From contig NC_042999.1 in the NCBI RefSeq assembly GCF_006345805.1, forward strand, positions 22,444,001 to 22,508,000: a stretch of 64,000 nucleotides of DNA, read 5' to 3'. Shown here piece after piece: positions 40,181 to 53,140 of the stretch (position 1 is its first letter; the number at the start of each line of letters is the position of its first letter). This stretch comes from Octopus sinensis. Its lineage: Eukaryota. Under the pieces are notes generated by a model. It was not told the DNA's origin. It worked only from the letters and a program-made list of their open reading frames with translations, and ran no database searches. Both the position numbers and the translations under genes were made by a program.

Positions 40181-40414
40181 TAAACGTCCGTCCTTGGTTT
40201 CAGATTTTTGAATTAGCCTTCGTTTCATACGTCCTGAGTGATATATAAAGCTTTCTTTTCATAAGTCCCAATTAATCGTGGTGGTTGACAAAAGAATTAA
40301 GAATGTTTATCATATATACTATATGGATACCAGGGAAATATCCCGTGTGTCACACGCGATATACAGCACAGGCAAATAGTTAATGACCATAATATTCCTG
40401 TACAACACACCATC

Positions 40415-40703
40415 GTCTCTCTCTATCTCTCTCTCTCTCACACACTATTTTTCTCTCACTCCCTCGTAACTACTTCCCTTGCTCACTTTTTCTCCCTCTT
40501 CCTCTCTCTCCCTCACTCTCTCTTTTCCACCTCTCTGTGTCTCTCTTTCTTCGCCTTATCTCCTTGTTCTTTCTTTCTGCTTCTCCCCCCTCACTCTTTT
40601 TCTCTCCTTCCTGCCCTCCCCTTTCACCTACTCCCCTTGTTCACTCCTTCTCCTTCTTCCGCCTTTTTCTCTCCTCTATTTCACCCTGTCTTTCATCTTG
40701 TCT

Positions 40704-40755
<52 letters not shown>

Positions 40756-41050
40756 TCGTTACCTACTTCCCTTGTTCACTTTTTCTCCTTCCTCCACTAT
40801 CTCTCCTCTCTCTCACCCTCTATCTCACCATCTCTCCTCTCACTCTCTCTCATTTTCTCTCTCTCTCTAACCCCTTCTCTCTTCCTCTCTCTTCTCTCTC
40901 CCTCTCTTCTCTCTCTCTCTGTCTCTCCTATCTCTCCCTTTCTCCTCTCTCTCTCTCCCTCTCTCCTTCACTTTCTCCCCTTGTTCCCTCTTTCTTTTTC
41001 TTCCCTTCTTACTCTCACTCACTCACTCTCTCTCTCCTTTCTACTCCTCA
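40415..41050. repeat. Polypyrimidine (CT-rich) low-complexity tract with internal repeats
   Basis: TACT(T/C)CCCTTG.TCACT recurs about three times. Confidence 0.9.
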
Positions 41051-41178
41051 GATTTACAGGACATTTTTACTTCATGCTTTTATCGTGCATTTGTCTTTCT
41101 ATTCTCTCATTCCTACAGTATATCGTTAGCAGGTTTCTCTGCCTGTTTCTCTGTTTATTTGTTTGCAAGTTTATTTCT

Positions 41179-41381
41179 TTGTTCTCATATCAGATCACGA
41201 TGATATGTTTTACTGTTTTATGCGTTAATGTGGATTGTCTTTTTTTACTCGGGTTACCACATTACTATTCATCATTATCATACGCAATCGTTTATTTGGC
41301 AACACCAGCAGTTGCATGTCCTATACATATATACCTGTGTATATACATATATACCAGTATGTGTATGTATATATGCATGTG

Positions 41382-41418
<37 letters not shown>

Positions 41419-41643
41419 CACACACACATAAATACACTCTCTCTCTTTTACCTCTCTCTCTCTCTCCTCTGTATATGTGTTTCTGTGCATGTATATACAA
41501 GAATCGTAATTGCTGGTGTTAGCAAATAAACGATTACGTATGATAACGATTAATAGTGATATGGTAACCCGAGTAAGAAAAAGACAATCCACATTAACGC
41601 CCAAAACAGCAAAACAAATCATCGGGATCTAATATGAGAACAA
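41179..41643. repeat. Inverted repeat with ~137-bp arms (MITE or fold-back element)
   Basis: 41179-41315 is the diverged reverse complement of 41506-41643. Confidence 0.8.
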
Positions 41644-41837
41644 AAAGACTATATATATTACATACATATTATATACATATACACTTACATATATATATTT
41701 ACAAATATGTATACATACATATAGTTATAAAGTGCAGGGTAGTCAATGTTTCGGGTCGTGGTAGGACGTTATACATTGCTACTTATTCAATTGTGTTCTG
41801 TCCTATATAAAGATATCTTCACTTACACTTAAACACT

Positions 41838-41927
41838 GACATTTGTTTCAGAGATCAGTGTCTGCCAAATTACTGACTTCACTGCATATATTATATTATT
41901 TGACGGATTCAGCAGCCTCTTCATCGG
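41838..41927 (-). ncRNA. Hammerhead-like motif (U4C variant), stem I not evident
   Basis: Minus: CCGATGA-AGAGG...TCTCT-GAAA-CAAATGT-C. Confidence 0.4.
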
Positions 41928-42097
41928 TTCACTACGGTACATTACTGTAATGGATACTTGGCAGTGCAAATGAATATTTGTGTGTGTATGTGCGTGTTTA
42001 CGTCAGTATGCACACGTTTACACACACACACATATGTATATTTATATATACATGCATACATATATACATATATACATATATACATATATACATATTT

Positions 42098-42196
<99 letters not shown>

Positions 42197-42393
42197 TGTT
42201 TCTTTATTAGCCACACAGGGCTGAACACAGACAGGACAAATTACTAAGTAGAGCTTATCACATGTCTCAAAACAAAACGAGGTGAATATGTGCGCGTGCG
42301 AGTGTGTATGCGAGTGGCATGACTCAATGCATGTTTAAGAACCAATAGGCAAGAGTGGCGCAGAATTAGAAATGTGTTCCTTTATATAAGGAA

Positions 42394-43695
42394 CTAGCAG
42401 AATTACCCGGCGATGCTCGGGGCTGAATTGCTTGAAAGTACTGTTAATGATTGCACTGAATTATGATAATTATTCAGGCAAATATTGATATAAGTTTACG
42501 GTGGGAGATAAGGACTTAACGATCAAACGTGTGCCATTGCATTGTTTTGGGGGAACCAAATTTCTAATGAGCATTATAGGGGCACCAACTTTAAATTTGA
42601 GAATGTGTGGTGGCAGTCCGGGGGGGGGGGGCTCAAAGGAATTGAGTACCTCTATTGGATAGTTGATGACGTACTCTGGGTCAGGAGTTGTATCGATAGA
42701 CTTATATACATAGACTTCCCCAGGAATGAGTTTTAGCATTTCATCATTAATATGGTGAACAGTTTTATTCCTCGGGGCCAGTATAGCCTTTTTGCCAATC
42801 CAATCCATATTCTGATAATTAGCTTGTAGATCTGGGAACACTGCATCTCTGAGATCAGAAGGCGTTTTAACAATGGTACAAATGGAATCGATGGCAATAT
42901 TACCATTTTCATCCCCTGGTATTTTGCCTTCGCCAAGTGCAAGGAGAGTGTGAGAAAATGCTGCTGATGTGATATAACGTCGCATATGACCACGCATATT
43001 GGTGTGAAGTTTGAGAGTCTTCACCAGTGGCCACAATGTGGATGACTTAAGACACGCACTTACTGCATCAGTTCTAGTCCCTTTGGGAATAACGGGAAGT
43101 GTTTGTCGGAAGTCCCCTGAAAGAAGAAGCGTTATGCCTCCCATGGGAGCTGAAGAGTGTTTGATGTCTCTGAGAGATCTATCTAGTGCCTCAAGAGCAC
43201 CTCTGTGGGCCATCGTGCATTCATCCCAAACGATAAGCTTGCATCGTCTGAAGACTTCTGCCTGATCGGAGCTGTTACTGATGTTGCAAGTTGGTGTCTC
43301 AGTCTTCGCTAAGTCAAGCGGAAGCTTGAAAGTGGAGTGAGCTGTCCTGCCGCCTGGCAACAAAGTAGCCGCAATTCCAGATGATGCCACAGCTAGGGCA
43401 ATGCCTTGTGTTCGCCTAATCTCAGCCAATATTAATTTGTTGAGAAAAGTTTTCCCAGTGCCCCAAGGAGCGTCCAGGAAAAATATCCCCACAGCTTTGG
43501 CCCGGACTAAATTAACAACGGAGTTGTAAGCGAACTTCTGTTCTGGAAGGAGCTTTGGCTCATTGTCGGCTATGTACTCGGCAAGCTCGTCAACATTAAA
43601 ACATGTCTCACGCAGCAAATGTGAAGACAGAGTGTTTGTGCCTTCCCGGTTTGTTGAAGGTAGGCCATAGACCGGCAAGGCACTACCGCCCATAT
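42394..43695 (-). mobile_element. Helitron remnant: PIF1-like helicase segment joined to the Helitron 3' end
   Basis: Hairpin CCCGAGCATCGCCGGG followed by CTAG|T at 42394. Confidence 0.9.
42470..43693 (-). pseudogene. Truncated Helitron PIF1-family (SF1B) helicase ORF, 407 aa
   Basis: FLDAPWGTGKT, VASSGIAATLL..GRTAHS, IVWDECTM, SGDFRQTLPV, ILAPRN, LIRNL..CNGTRL; Rep domain and terminal helicase motifs absent. Confidence 0.9.
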
Positions 43696-45194
43696 CAAGT
43701 ACAGTATCTTCGAACGTAGTTTGTTACTACACAGCCACACCTGCCCCTATGTATGTGTGTGTGTGTACGTGTGTGTGTATGGGTAGATATATTATGCATG
43801 TATATATGTGTATATATATATGTGTACATATTACATGTACATCTATATATATATATACATCTACACATAAAATACAAAATAGAAAGTTATATCTTGATAT
43901 CGCTAGTAATAACAATACTCAAAATATATAACAGACTGGAATTGTAGGCCCGTCTCTTGCAATTTCGATCAATTGGATCTTGTCTTCCCTCTTGTATAGA
44001 AGTGTACGGATGCAGCGAAATTCATTTTTGGACTTTCTTCTATCGAAGGTTTTAACAAAAATGCTTCCGTAAAGACGGTGAAAATATTGTCAATTTCCCC
44101 AAACAGGGACACAATTCAATTTTAAAACAATAACCAAAGCCCCTTCTCCGAAAGGGGGAGGGTTACGGTTTACAATTATTTAACAAATGCAACACAACAA
44201 CGTTTCCCTGACGAGGAACCAACAAACGTGATTACAATAGTCAAACAGTAATAATAATAACAACAAACCTTTTTAATGTATCCCCATTTATGTGAAACCA
44301 CTTATTCAAGTTCAAGTCATTGATGCAATTTTATACGAATTGCTAATACACACACACATAATAAGGGTGAAAAATTGAATATTAATTTGATTAATATGAA
44401 TTGAAAACCAGTGGTGTAGCATATAAGACCATAGCGGATCTTCTTCTAGCAAAAAGGATGACCAGTATTAATTGCTCATCCCTTTTATATAAATACTTTC
44501 ACTTTAATTGTTGCACACTTGCAAAGAGAAAGGAGGAGAAAGTGTAGTGGTAATGGTAGGAGTGAAGCACTTGAAATGAAAGAGGGAAATCGTAAAATAT
44601 TGAGTTTTCTCGAATTTTTGCTTAATTGGGGGTGAAATTGAAAAAACTTTACATGCCATGACCCAATGGAATCTACTTGGAAAAATGATAGGTAAATTCC
44701 AATTGAAGAAATTCTATATTGTAGAATTGTATAAAAAACGAACGGTTTGGGAGGCAGAGAAAATCTGCCTTTTATCATAAGAGATGAACCGGAAGTCCCT
44801 GACTTCCACGTCATCCGGAAGGTAATTGGAAACTTCTAGAATATTCGAGGGAGATTACTCTCGTTAGATCTCTTTTTCGTTTTGCTTCCCTGCTTGACCG
44901 CCAGGGGTCACTACACCAAGATTCTGAAGGCTATAATTCACCAATGAAAACAATTCCTGCGATGACATTTCATCTTTTCTTTTTCTATTTCTTTTTCTTT
45001 TAAGTCTTTTTTGTTCATTAAACTGAAGTGGAACATCCTAGCTACGATGGGTTGGCCAAGTTCAAAGATATGTCGGACGATCAATGGGATCCGCCTAACA
45101 AAAAAGTACTGCCGTCGCCTGCCGTTAAGGAAAAACTAAGGGAGTCTATAGATGCTTGTAAGCGTAAAATTGTAAGAGCGACGGAACCCAATAT

Positions 45195-45560
45195 GAACTA
45201 CAAGGCAGCAATACCAAAATTGCTGAGACCCCCTTCGGTCATGACTGACCATGGGATTGAACCTAGAAAGTTACCCTCTGAGGCTCAAGTCCGGGCAAGG
45301 TTGTTTAAGGAAGACCAGCAGTCACCCATGCACACCGGCCTCCCCTCTCCACACCACCTGTGTTATCCAAGGGAAAGGCAACAGCAGATAGAGCTTGGCA
45401 CCTGTGACGTCACAACTCATTTTTATAGCTGAGTGAACTGGAGCAACGTGAAATAAAGTGTCTTGCTCAAGAACACAACACGCAGCCCGGTCCGGGATTC
45501 GAACTCACAACCTCACGATCGTAAGCTCAGCGCTCTAAACACTGAGTCATGCGCCTTCAC
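45195..45560 (-). mobile_element. SINE group C (11268-type tail)
   Basis: Head GTGAAGGCGCATGAC, B box GAGTTCGAATCCC, GTGTTCTTGAGCAAGACAC. Confidence 0.85.
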
Positions 45561-45904
45561 AATACCAAAATAAGCTAAAATAAACATCTAAAATATTCAA
45601 TATTGATGTTTCCACGTGGACTGTTGCTGCATTTGATGATCCACTATGGAGGGGGAAATTCCATCTAGGATGTGATTCTTCTGAACGTTACTGTAAAGGG
45701 TAAATTGATGGGAGACGTCGACGAAACGAAACCGACCAGCAAGGAGGACCGTTAGGCTCGGTCGCTCGCCATTTTTCATGCCCTCGTTGACAGCTTAAAA
45801 TATAGTTTGTTTTTTTTTTGTTTTTGTTTTTTAGAACTCTAGGATAAATCTAATGATATCAAATGTTTGACGATGATAGATATCAAAAACGATAAACGAT
45901 AAAC

Positions 45905-46212
45905 GTCGCCCTTTGCAAGCCTAGCCAGGCTCATGGGCCCGGTTTCCCGGTTTCTGTGGCGTATGGTGCTCCACCCCAGCTGGACGGGACGCCAGTCCAT
46001 CGTAGCATTACTCAAGAAACAGGAAGAGAGAGTGAGAGGAAGTTGTGGCGAAAGAGTACAACAGGGGTGACCACCACCCCCTAACGGAGCCTCGTGGAGC
46101 TTTTAGGTGTTTTCGCTCAATAAGCACACACAACGCCCGGTCTGGGAATCGAAACCGCGATCCTCCGACCGCGAGTCCGCTGCCCTAACCACTGGGCTAT
46201 TGCGCCTCCACG
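45905..46212 (-). mobile_element. SINE group C (17050-type body, 9074-type tail)
   Basis: Head GTGGAGGCGCAATAGCCCAGTGGTTAGGGCAGCGGACTCGCGG; related partial copy at 49040-49270 (+). Confidence 0.85.
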
Positions 46213-46644
46213 AGAGATACCAAACATCACTATTATTATCATACGTGTGAAGGCGGCGAGCTAGCAGAATTGTGAACAAACCAGGTGAAATGCTTAGTAG
46301 TATTTCGTCCGTCTTTACGTTCAGAGTTCAAATTCCGCCAAGGTCAACTTTGCCTTTCACTCTTTCGATGTCGATTAAATAAGTACCAGTTAAGCACTGG
46401 GTCGATTTTATCGATTTAACCTACTCCCCTAAGCTGCCCTTGTGGCAAAAATTTGAAATAATTATTATCATACGTGTGTATGTATGTATCGAGGCTGAGA
46501 GGTAAGAAGCTGGCTTCGCAACCACATGGTTCCGAGTACAGTCCCACAGCGTGGCACCTTGAGCAAGTGTCTTCTACTATAGCCTCGGGCCGACCATAGC
46601 CTTGTGAGTGAATTTGCTAGACGGAAACTGAAAGATGCCTGTCG

Positions 46645-46688
<44 letters not shown>

Positions 46689-46942
46689 TTTAACAATTAA
46701 GGATAATCTCTTAGAAGGGATCTTAACAAGAAATTATCGGGTAGTTAGCGTGAAAACCTCATAAAAGAAAAGAATTCGAAAATAATTTTTTTTTTGAACA
46801 AATTAATTATATCTATATTGTATAGAGGGCATTATTACACATAAATGCCTCACACTAAGAGGGACAAAGTCATTACTACCAAAATTATACTAATCATACC
46901 CAAATGCAGTTTTTCAAAGCAAGACATTTAAAAAATGAATTT

Positions 46943-47000
46943 AGTTCTGTATCACCGTGATTTCACATTCAACTTACGTCTTATGATCATCAGCAGAACT
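46943..47000 (-). ncRNA. Type-I hammerhead ribozyme-like motif, unit 1
   Basis: Minus: AGTTCTG-CTGATGA-T-CAT...ATG-T-GAAA-TCACGGTGAT-A-CAGAACT. Confidence 0.75.
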
Positions 47001-47422
47001 GATTCTGAACACATCATAAATAAACTACCAACCTTACGTAGCGAAGACGAACAGACAACTGCCCACTCCGGCCAAGCACATGGAATGTTTATAAATCACA
47101 TATCCGGTAAATGGCAGGCTTTTTACGAACTGCATGTCGGGTAATGAAAAGTATTTCGGAATAAGTTTAACAATTAAGGATAATCTCTTAATAAGGGATC
47201 TTAACAAGAAATTATCGGGTAGTTAGCGTGAAAACCTCATAAAAGAAAAGAATTCGAAAATAATTTTTTTCTTTTGAACAAATTAATTATATCTATATTG
47301 TATAGAGGGCATTATTACACATAAATGCCTCACACTAAGAGGGACAAAGTCATTACTACCAAAATTATACTAATCATACCTAAATGCAGTTTTTCAAAGC
47401 AAGACATTTAAAAAATGAATTT

Positions 47423-47480
47423 AGTTCTGTATCACCGTGATTTCACATTCAACTTACGTCTTATGATCATCAGCAGAACT
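47423..47480 (-). ncRNA. Type-I hammerhead ribozyme-like motif, unit 2
   Basis: Identical to 46943-47000, 480 bp away. Confidence 0.75.
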
Positions 47481-48089
47481 GATTCTGAACACATCATAAA
47501 TAAACTACCAACCTTACGTAGCGAAGACGAACAGACAACTGCCCACTCCGGCCAAGCACATGGAATGTTTATAAATCATATATCCGGTAAATGGCGGGCT
47601 TTTTACGAACTGCATGTCGGGTAATGAAAAGTATTTCGGAATAAGTTTAACAATTAAGGATAATCTCTTAATAAGGGATCTTAACAAGAAATTATCGGGT
47701 AGTTAGCGTGAAAACCTCATAAAAGAAAAGAATTCGAAAATAATTTTTTTCTTTTGAACAAATTAATTATATCTATATAATACACCACTATACCACACAA
47801 CACATCACATCACAACACACCACCACGCACACAGCACTGACCACTTCCCAGACCCACATTTTCACACCTACACGTACACACACGCACACGTCAAGATCAC
47901 CAGCCCTCTTCCATACACACATACAAACTCTGTTATACACACGCACGCGTACCTTAGTTTTGGGATCACCACTACTTTATTATCTCCCATTCTCCCTAGC
48001 TCTCCTGTGTGACCCTTCTGTCCGGCATTCGCCACGATAGATCGCTAGCCACAACACATTCATTATTTTCTCTCCTTGTTTCTGTGTTC

Positions 48090-48125
48090 CTTTCTGTGGA
48101 AGATCGTAGGCTAGAAACGTTAAAG
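48090..48125 (+). ncRNA. Degenerate hammerhead-like motif (34243 family)
   Basis: CTTT-CTGTGGA-A-GATCGTAGGCTA-GAAA-CGT-T-AAAG. Confidence 0.45.
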
Positions 48126-48189
48126 ACTTTTCACTTCCCGAGCGTTATAACAATATATCTGTTTGTTGTCTACACCTCCTGTCTTCGTC

Positions 48190-48220
<31 letters not shown>

Positions 48221-48234
48221 TGTGAATTCTCCCT

Positions 48235-48333
<99 letters not shown>

Positions 48334-48604
48334 TGTATGTATGTATATGTATGTATATGTATATATGTATATATATGATTATATTTCTTTTTATTATGTA
48401 TCATGTGTGTGTGTATGCATCACATATACGTATGTGTGGACATCTATGTATATGTATATTTGTTGTATAGATAGATGGATAGATAGATAGATAGATAGAT
48501 AGAAGTGCAACAGACGCATGTAAAATCATCGTTCGTACATATTATAGACAAGTTAGGCAGATATATCTGGCAACCTGCCCAGCTGCTGTTTTATACATTA
48601 ACCC

Positions 48605-48635
<31 letters not shown>

Positions 48636-49782
48636 CAGACTTATCGTATTGTACTTACTGTTTCCCCCGTTTTTAGTAGCTTGGTATTGTATTATGTATA
48701 ATTCCACAAATTTGTCAGAAATTTGAATCCTAACTCTTTTACATGTACTTATTCCCTGCAGCAAAAAAGAGAAACTATTTAACACTGAAAGTACTTAAAC
48801 AATACACTACCAAAATAATTCTGCCTAGTATATTGTATTATATCTACCTCGGTAACAATTTGCTATGGCAGTTGTTTAGACATACGTCAGGTTTGATTAA
48901 GCTGATTTGATGAGGTAAAAATAGCAGTCATGGTTGTGTGTTCAAGAGGTGTGATTCACAGCCAGATGTTTCTGTGTTCGAGCTCAGTGTGTGACATCAA
49001 TACTATTTCAGTGAAATTTTACTGGACGAAAACAATATTTTGATGTTTATTGAGCGAAAACATCTAAAGCTCCACGAGGCTCCGGCAGGGGGTGGTGGCG
49101 ATCTATGTTGTACTCTTTCGCCCCAACTTTGTCTCTCTCTCTCTCTTTCTTCCTGTTTCTTGAGTAACGCTGCGATGGACTGGCGTGCCGTCCAGCCGGG
49201 GGGAACACAAACACCACAGAAACCGGGAAACCGGGCCCATGAGCCTGGCTAAGTTTGAAAAGGGCGCATAAATTTTAAAAAAAATAAAAAGACCTCTGAT
49301 TATAGGTCAGTCTGATGAAAGCTGAGAAGGAACCAAACAACGACGATGTGTGACTTTTTTCCTCTGTCTTGAAAAAGCACCTATCTCCGAAACGTTATTT
49401 TTCTGAGGCAGGAATATTTTCCATAGAACAAATATATTGGTTTCACACAATTTCTTTTTTTTATTTCATCCTTCCAAAATATGTTAGGACATTGCTCTAC
49501 ATAGAAAACAAAATACAAAATCGCGATGTCTACAAAATATAATACCAAAACAAAAACCTTTAAACTTTTAAAATTAGAGAGATAAAACAAAACCGCGTGG
49601 AAAGGTCAATTATGTCGAAAGTTCTAAAAACTGATATTTTAATACCGAAGTAAAGAAACAATGGCCATTATGATACACAACTTGTATGTTCAACTACTGC
49701 GCACCCGAAAGCTGGTCGGATCGTGAATGTATATAAAGACGTAATTATTTTCTTCCTGTGAGTTAGGTACGTGTAGATACGA

Positions 49783-49829
<47 letters not shown>

Positions 49830-50857
49830 CATGCATGTATGTATGTATGTATACATATATGAATGTGTGAGTGTGTATGTGAATATATACATTCATACAT
49901 ACATACATACATACATACATACATACAAGACGACGATTCTGCTGCTGCTGAGAATGATGATGATGATGATGATGATGGTAGTGATGGTGAAGAAGAAGAA
50001 GAAGAAGAAGAAGAAGAAGAAGAAGAGAAGAAGAAGATTATATATTCGAGATATTAGCACATCCAACACTGTATACCCGTATATATAGATTCCTAAAACA
50101 ATTTCCCTGAAAACACACACACACACACATACACAAACACACATACTCCCTTCTTCCCTCTCTCTCTCTCTGTTTCCTCACTCCCTCCACCTCTCTCTCT
50201 TTCTTCACACCCTCCACCCCTCTCTCTCTCCCTCTGTCTCTCTCTCTCTCTCTCTCATACACACACATACACACATACACACACATATACACACATACAC
50301 ACACACACTTCCCTTCCTCTCCCTCTCTCTTTCCCCTCACTCACCCACCTCTCTCTCTTTTTCTTCACTCCCGCCACCTCTCCCTCTCCCTCTGTCTCTC
50401 TCTCACACACACACGCGCGCGCACATTCTTTCTTCTTTTCTCTAATCTCTCCTTCTCTCACAATTCTTAAATTCTTCACAAAGGTTATTGTTTTTAAACT
50501 TTTGAGCAACATTTTTACACCAACCAACAAATTGCTGAAAATTATGCGAGATCCGAATTCTGAACTTAGATAATTTTTTCCATGAACTTTAACATTAAAA
50601 CGACACGTTAACTCTTATGTTGCCTTGTTACATAATGTATATTAACCCTGATTCAACTAATTATTTTCCATGCAGATGGCGTACCTAGCCAATTACTCTT
50701 TGTCATTTTGATATATTGTCTGGCTAACTTATTACTGTATGCGTATATAGTAATTCTTTTGTATTCGATCTAGAAAGGAGGTAAAGATGATACTTCACAG
50801 ACTAGGTTTAATACGATCGAAACATGTCGGGAGTTGTTACAGGATTGGCCAAACATC

Positions 50858-51345
50858 AGGCAAAGTCGACCTCGACAGAATTTGAGCTCAGAACACAAAG
50901 ACAGACGAAATACCGCTAAACATTTCGCCCGGCGTGCTAACGTTTCTTATTTCTTTACTGCCCACAAGGGGCTACATACAGAGGGAACAAACAAGGACAG
51001 ACAAACGGATTAACTCGATTATATCGACCCCAGTGCATAACTGGTACTTAATTTATCGACCCCGAAAGGATGAAAGGCAAAGTCGACCTCGGCGGAATTT
51101 GAACTCAGAATGTAACCGCAGACGAAATACCTATTTCTTTACTACCCACAAGGGGCTAAACACAGAGAGGACAAACAAGGACAGACAAACGGATTAAGTC
51201 GATTATATCGACCCCAGTGCGTAACTGGTACTTATTTAATCGACCCCGAAAGGATGAAAGGCAAAGTCGATCTCGGCGGAATTTGAACTTGGAACGTACT
51301 GCTAAGCATTTCACCCGGCGTGCTAACGCTTCTGCCAGCTCACCT
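50858..51345 (-). mobile_element. SINE family B tandem multimer
   Basis: 184-bp period with both junction types. Confidence 0.9.
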
Positions 51346-52019
51346 ACTTATTTTGAGAGACCATTGTGAACTTCAATTGATTTCCAACGCATTTCAAAAG
51401 CAGCACCTGTAATCTCTCTGGCTGGTCCTCTGCCGCTTTCATTTTCTCTTTCTATTCATTTAATCCTCATTTGGAAGTGACTTATAGCCTACGAAAGTCA
51501 TTAGTATAGTGAATTAGTCGAAGGATAGAAAGGCAAAGGCTGTACAGCTGAGAGTTCAGAGCGCGTGGATGGAGTGAAACGAAGATGATCAGAGGCTGAT
51601 TTCGTAAAACGATCTACTTTCAAAATCAGCAGAATCAATTTGGTCTGTAATTAGTTCTACAACTGATATGCTGCAGATCTTCAATGAATCTTAAGAAATC
51701 GGGTATTGAAAATATTGAGGTGTGCGAGTTCTATAAGAAGTCAAGAAGGACGGTGATATTTTATTGTAGAGTACTTTTCTCAGCTCATACCACAGTCAAG
51801 TACTCAGCCAGCTGGCAAGCATTATACGCGAGGCGGCAGCGGTGTAAAGGAGGGAAAGAGAAGAGAGCACAACAGATGAGAATTATTAAATGTGTTAAAA
51901 AAAAACAAAAAGGAGCAAAAGAAGATGCGGGAAGTGTGCGCCCTCCCTTGGTGTCTGTGGGGTGTTAAAAAGAAAAAGCAGATGACTGGGGGGGGGGGGT
52001 GTGAAAGACAAAAGGTAGA

Positions 52020-52255
52020 ACAGATGATGCCAGCAGACGTGGTGAACACGACCTTGAGACCTGACCTGGTTCTTGTGTCAAGGGAAGTACGTCGTGCAAT
52101 CATGATGGGTCACAAAGATAGGGGAAGCAAAAAAAAGGAGACAAATAGAAAGGTATGCGGTGCAGAAGGAAGAGAATAAGGGGAGACATAGAAGAAACAA
52201 AATTATGGACAGTAAAAGTTGGGCGTAAGAGTAGGGTGTAAGGCCTTTGCTGCTA
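52020..52255 (+). pseudogene. Decayed RLE endonuclease fragment of a HERO/NeSL-like non-LTR element
   Basis: PADVVNTTLRPDLVLVSREVRRAIMM and a downstream VKVG..GFAA-like remnant. Confidence 0.55.
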
Positions 52256-52502
52256 GAAGATGGATTCGCGATTTAGGTATAATTAGACGTAAACTGGAGG
52301 GGTGGATGCGGAGGATTTTCCTGGCAGAAGAGATTGGTTCGTGTTGGGTGGAGTATGTGTATAAGTAAGCAGTAATGAAGGAAGTGCTGAGTGGAATATC
52401 TCAATGCAATACCAACCAGCCAGACACAACTGCTTGAAATAGCTGAGACATCGATGAGGTCAAGTGTACTGCTGCTCGTGCTTTGAGACGTATGCATACA
52501 CA

Positions 52503-52543
<41 letters not shown>

Positions 52544-52684
52544 TCTTTATATTCTCTTTTCTTTTACTTGTTTTAGTCATCAGACAGCGGCCATGGTGGG
52601 GCACTGCTTTGGAGAATTTAGCCGAAAGAATAGACTCCAGTACTCATATTATATATATATATATTATATATATATATATAATAT

Positions 52685-52715
<31 letters not shown>

Positions 52716-52870
52716 TTGTTGAAATAGAAAGATGAATTTTCTTGTTACAGATTATTCAAAGGTTTAACCGATACCTGGGTAGCAAAAATCACAGCAGAAA
52801 ATACACGGTTGGAGATAAGACCATTTGGTGTTGCAACCGTGCGTTGGTGCGGATAATTGAAGTTTATATT

Positions 52871-53140
52871 ATTATTATTGAATGGAAGAAATGGAGTTGA
52901 ACGAAGATTGTACAGAATTCCTTTTATTACATTCTACACATGTTTCAAAGGCCACAAATTTCCAAATTCTGATTAAATAAGGGTACCATATTGTGGCTTT
53001 CTCATCAGGAAAAACAGGAATTCCGTTGACAGAGCAAAACAGAACAGAGGCGCAGCAATTCGAACGAGGAGGCTCTTTAAGAGCCCATGGCTGAACTGTA
53101 CAATCTTCGTTCAACTCCATTTCTTCCATTCAATAATAAT
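52871..53140 (-). mobile_element. 270-bp element with perfect 45-bp inverted ends and an internal hammerhead
   Basis: ATTATTATTGAATGGAAGAAATGGAGTTGAACGAAGATTGTACAG at 52871-52915 and its exact reverse complement at 53096-53140. Confidence 0.8.
52932..53011 (-). ncRNA. Type-I hammerhead ribozyme-like motif, canonical core
   Basis: Minus: TTC-CTGATGA-GAAAGCCACAA...TTGTGGCCTTT-GAAA-CATGTGT-A-GAA. Confidence 0.75.

Larger units (their letters stand above)
46686..47777 (-). repeat. Head-to-tail array of ~480-bp units (2.3 copies), one hammerhead per full unit
   Basis: AAGTTTAACAATTAAGG at 46686, 47163 and 47643; units nearly identical. Confidence 0.95.

Noticed and set aside
40479-41529. Long Leu/Ser/Phe-rich ORFs (216 and 330 aa)
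   Set aside because: Open only because CT-rich tracts lack stop codons.
46935-47624. Duplicated 69-aa ORFs in the 480-bp array
   Set aside because: No known motif, antisense to the hammerhead, and identical simply because of the repeat.
49311-49330. CTGATGAAAG motif
   Set aside because: No stem II or downstream GAAA with a palindrome.
49863-50088. Poly-D/E or poly-M/K ORFs
   Set aside because: Produced by (GAT)n and (GAA)n microsatellites.
50810-50835. GAAACATGTCGGGAG (also GAAACGTCTCAAC on minus near 61195-61207)
   Set aside because: Only a 3' half of a hammerhead, with no matching core upstream.
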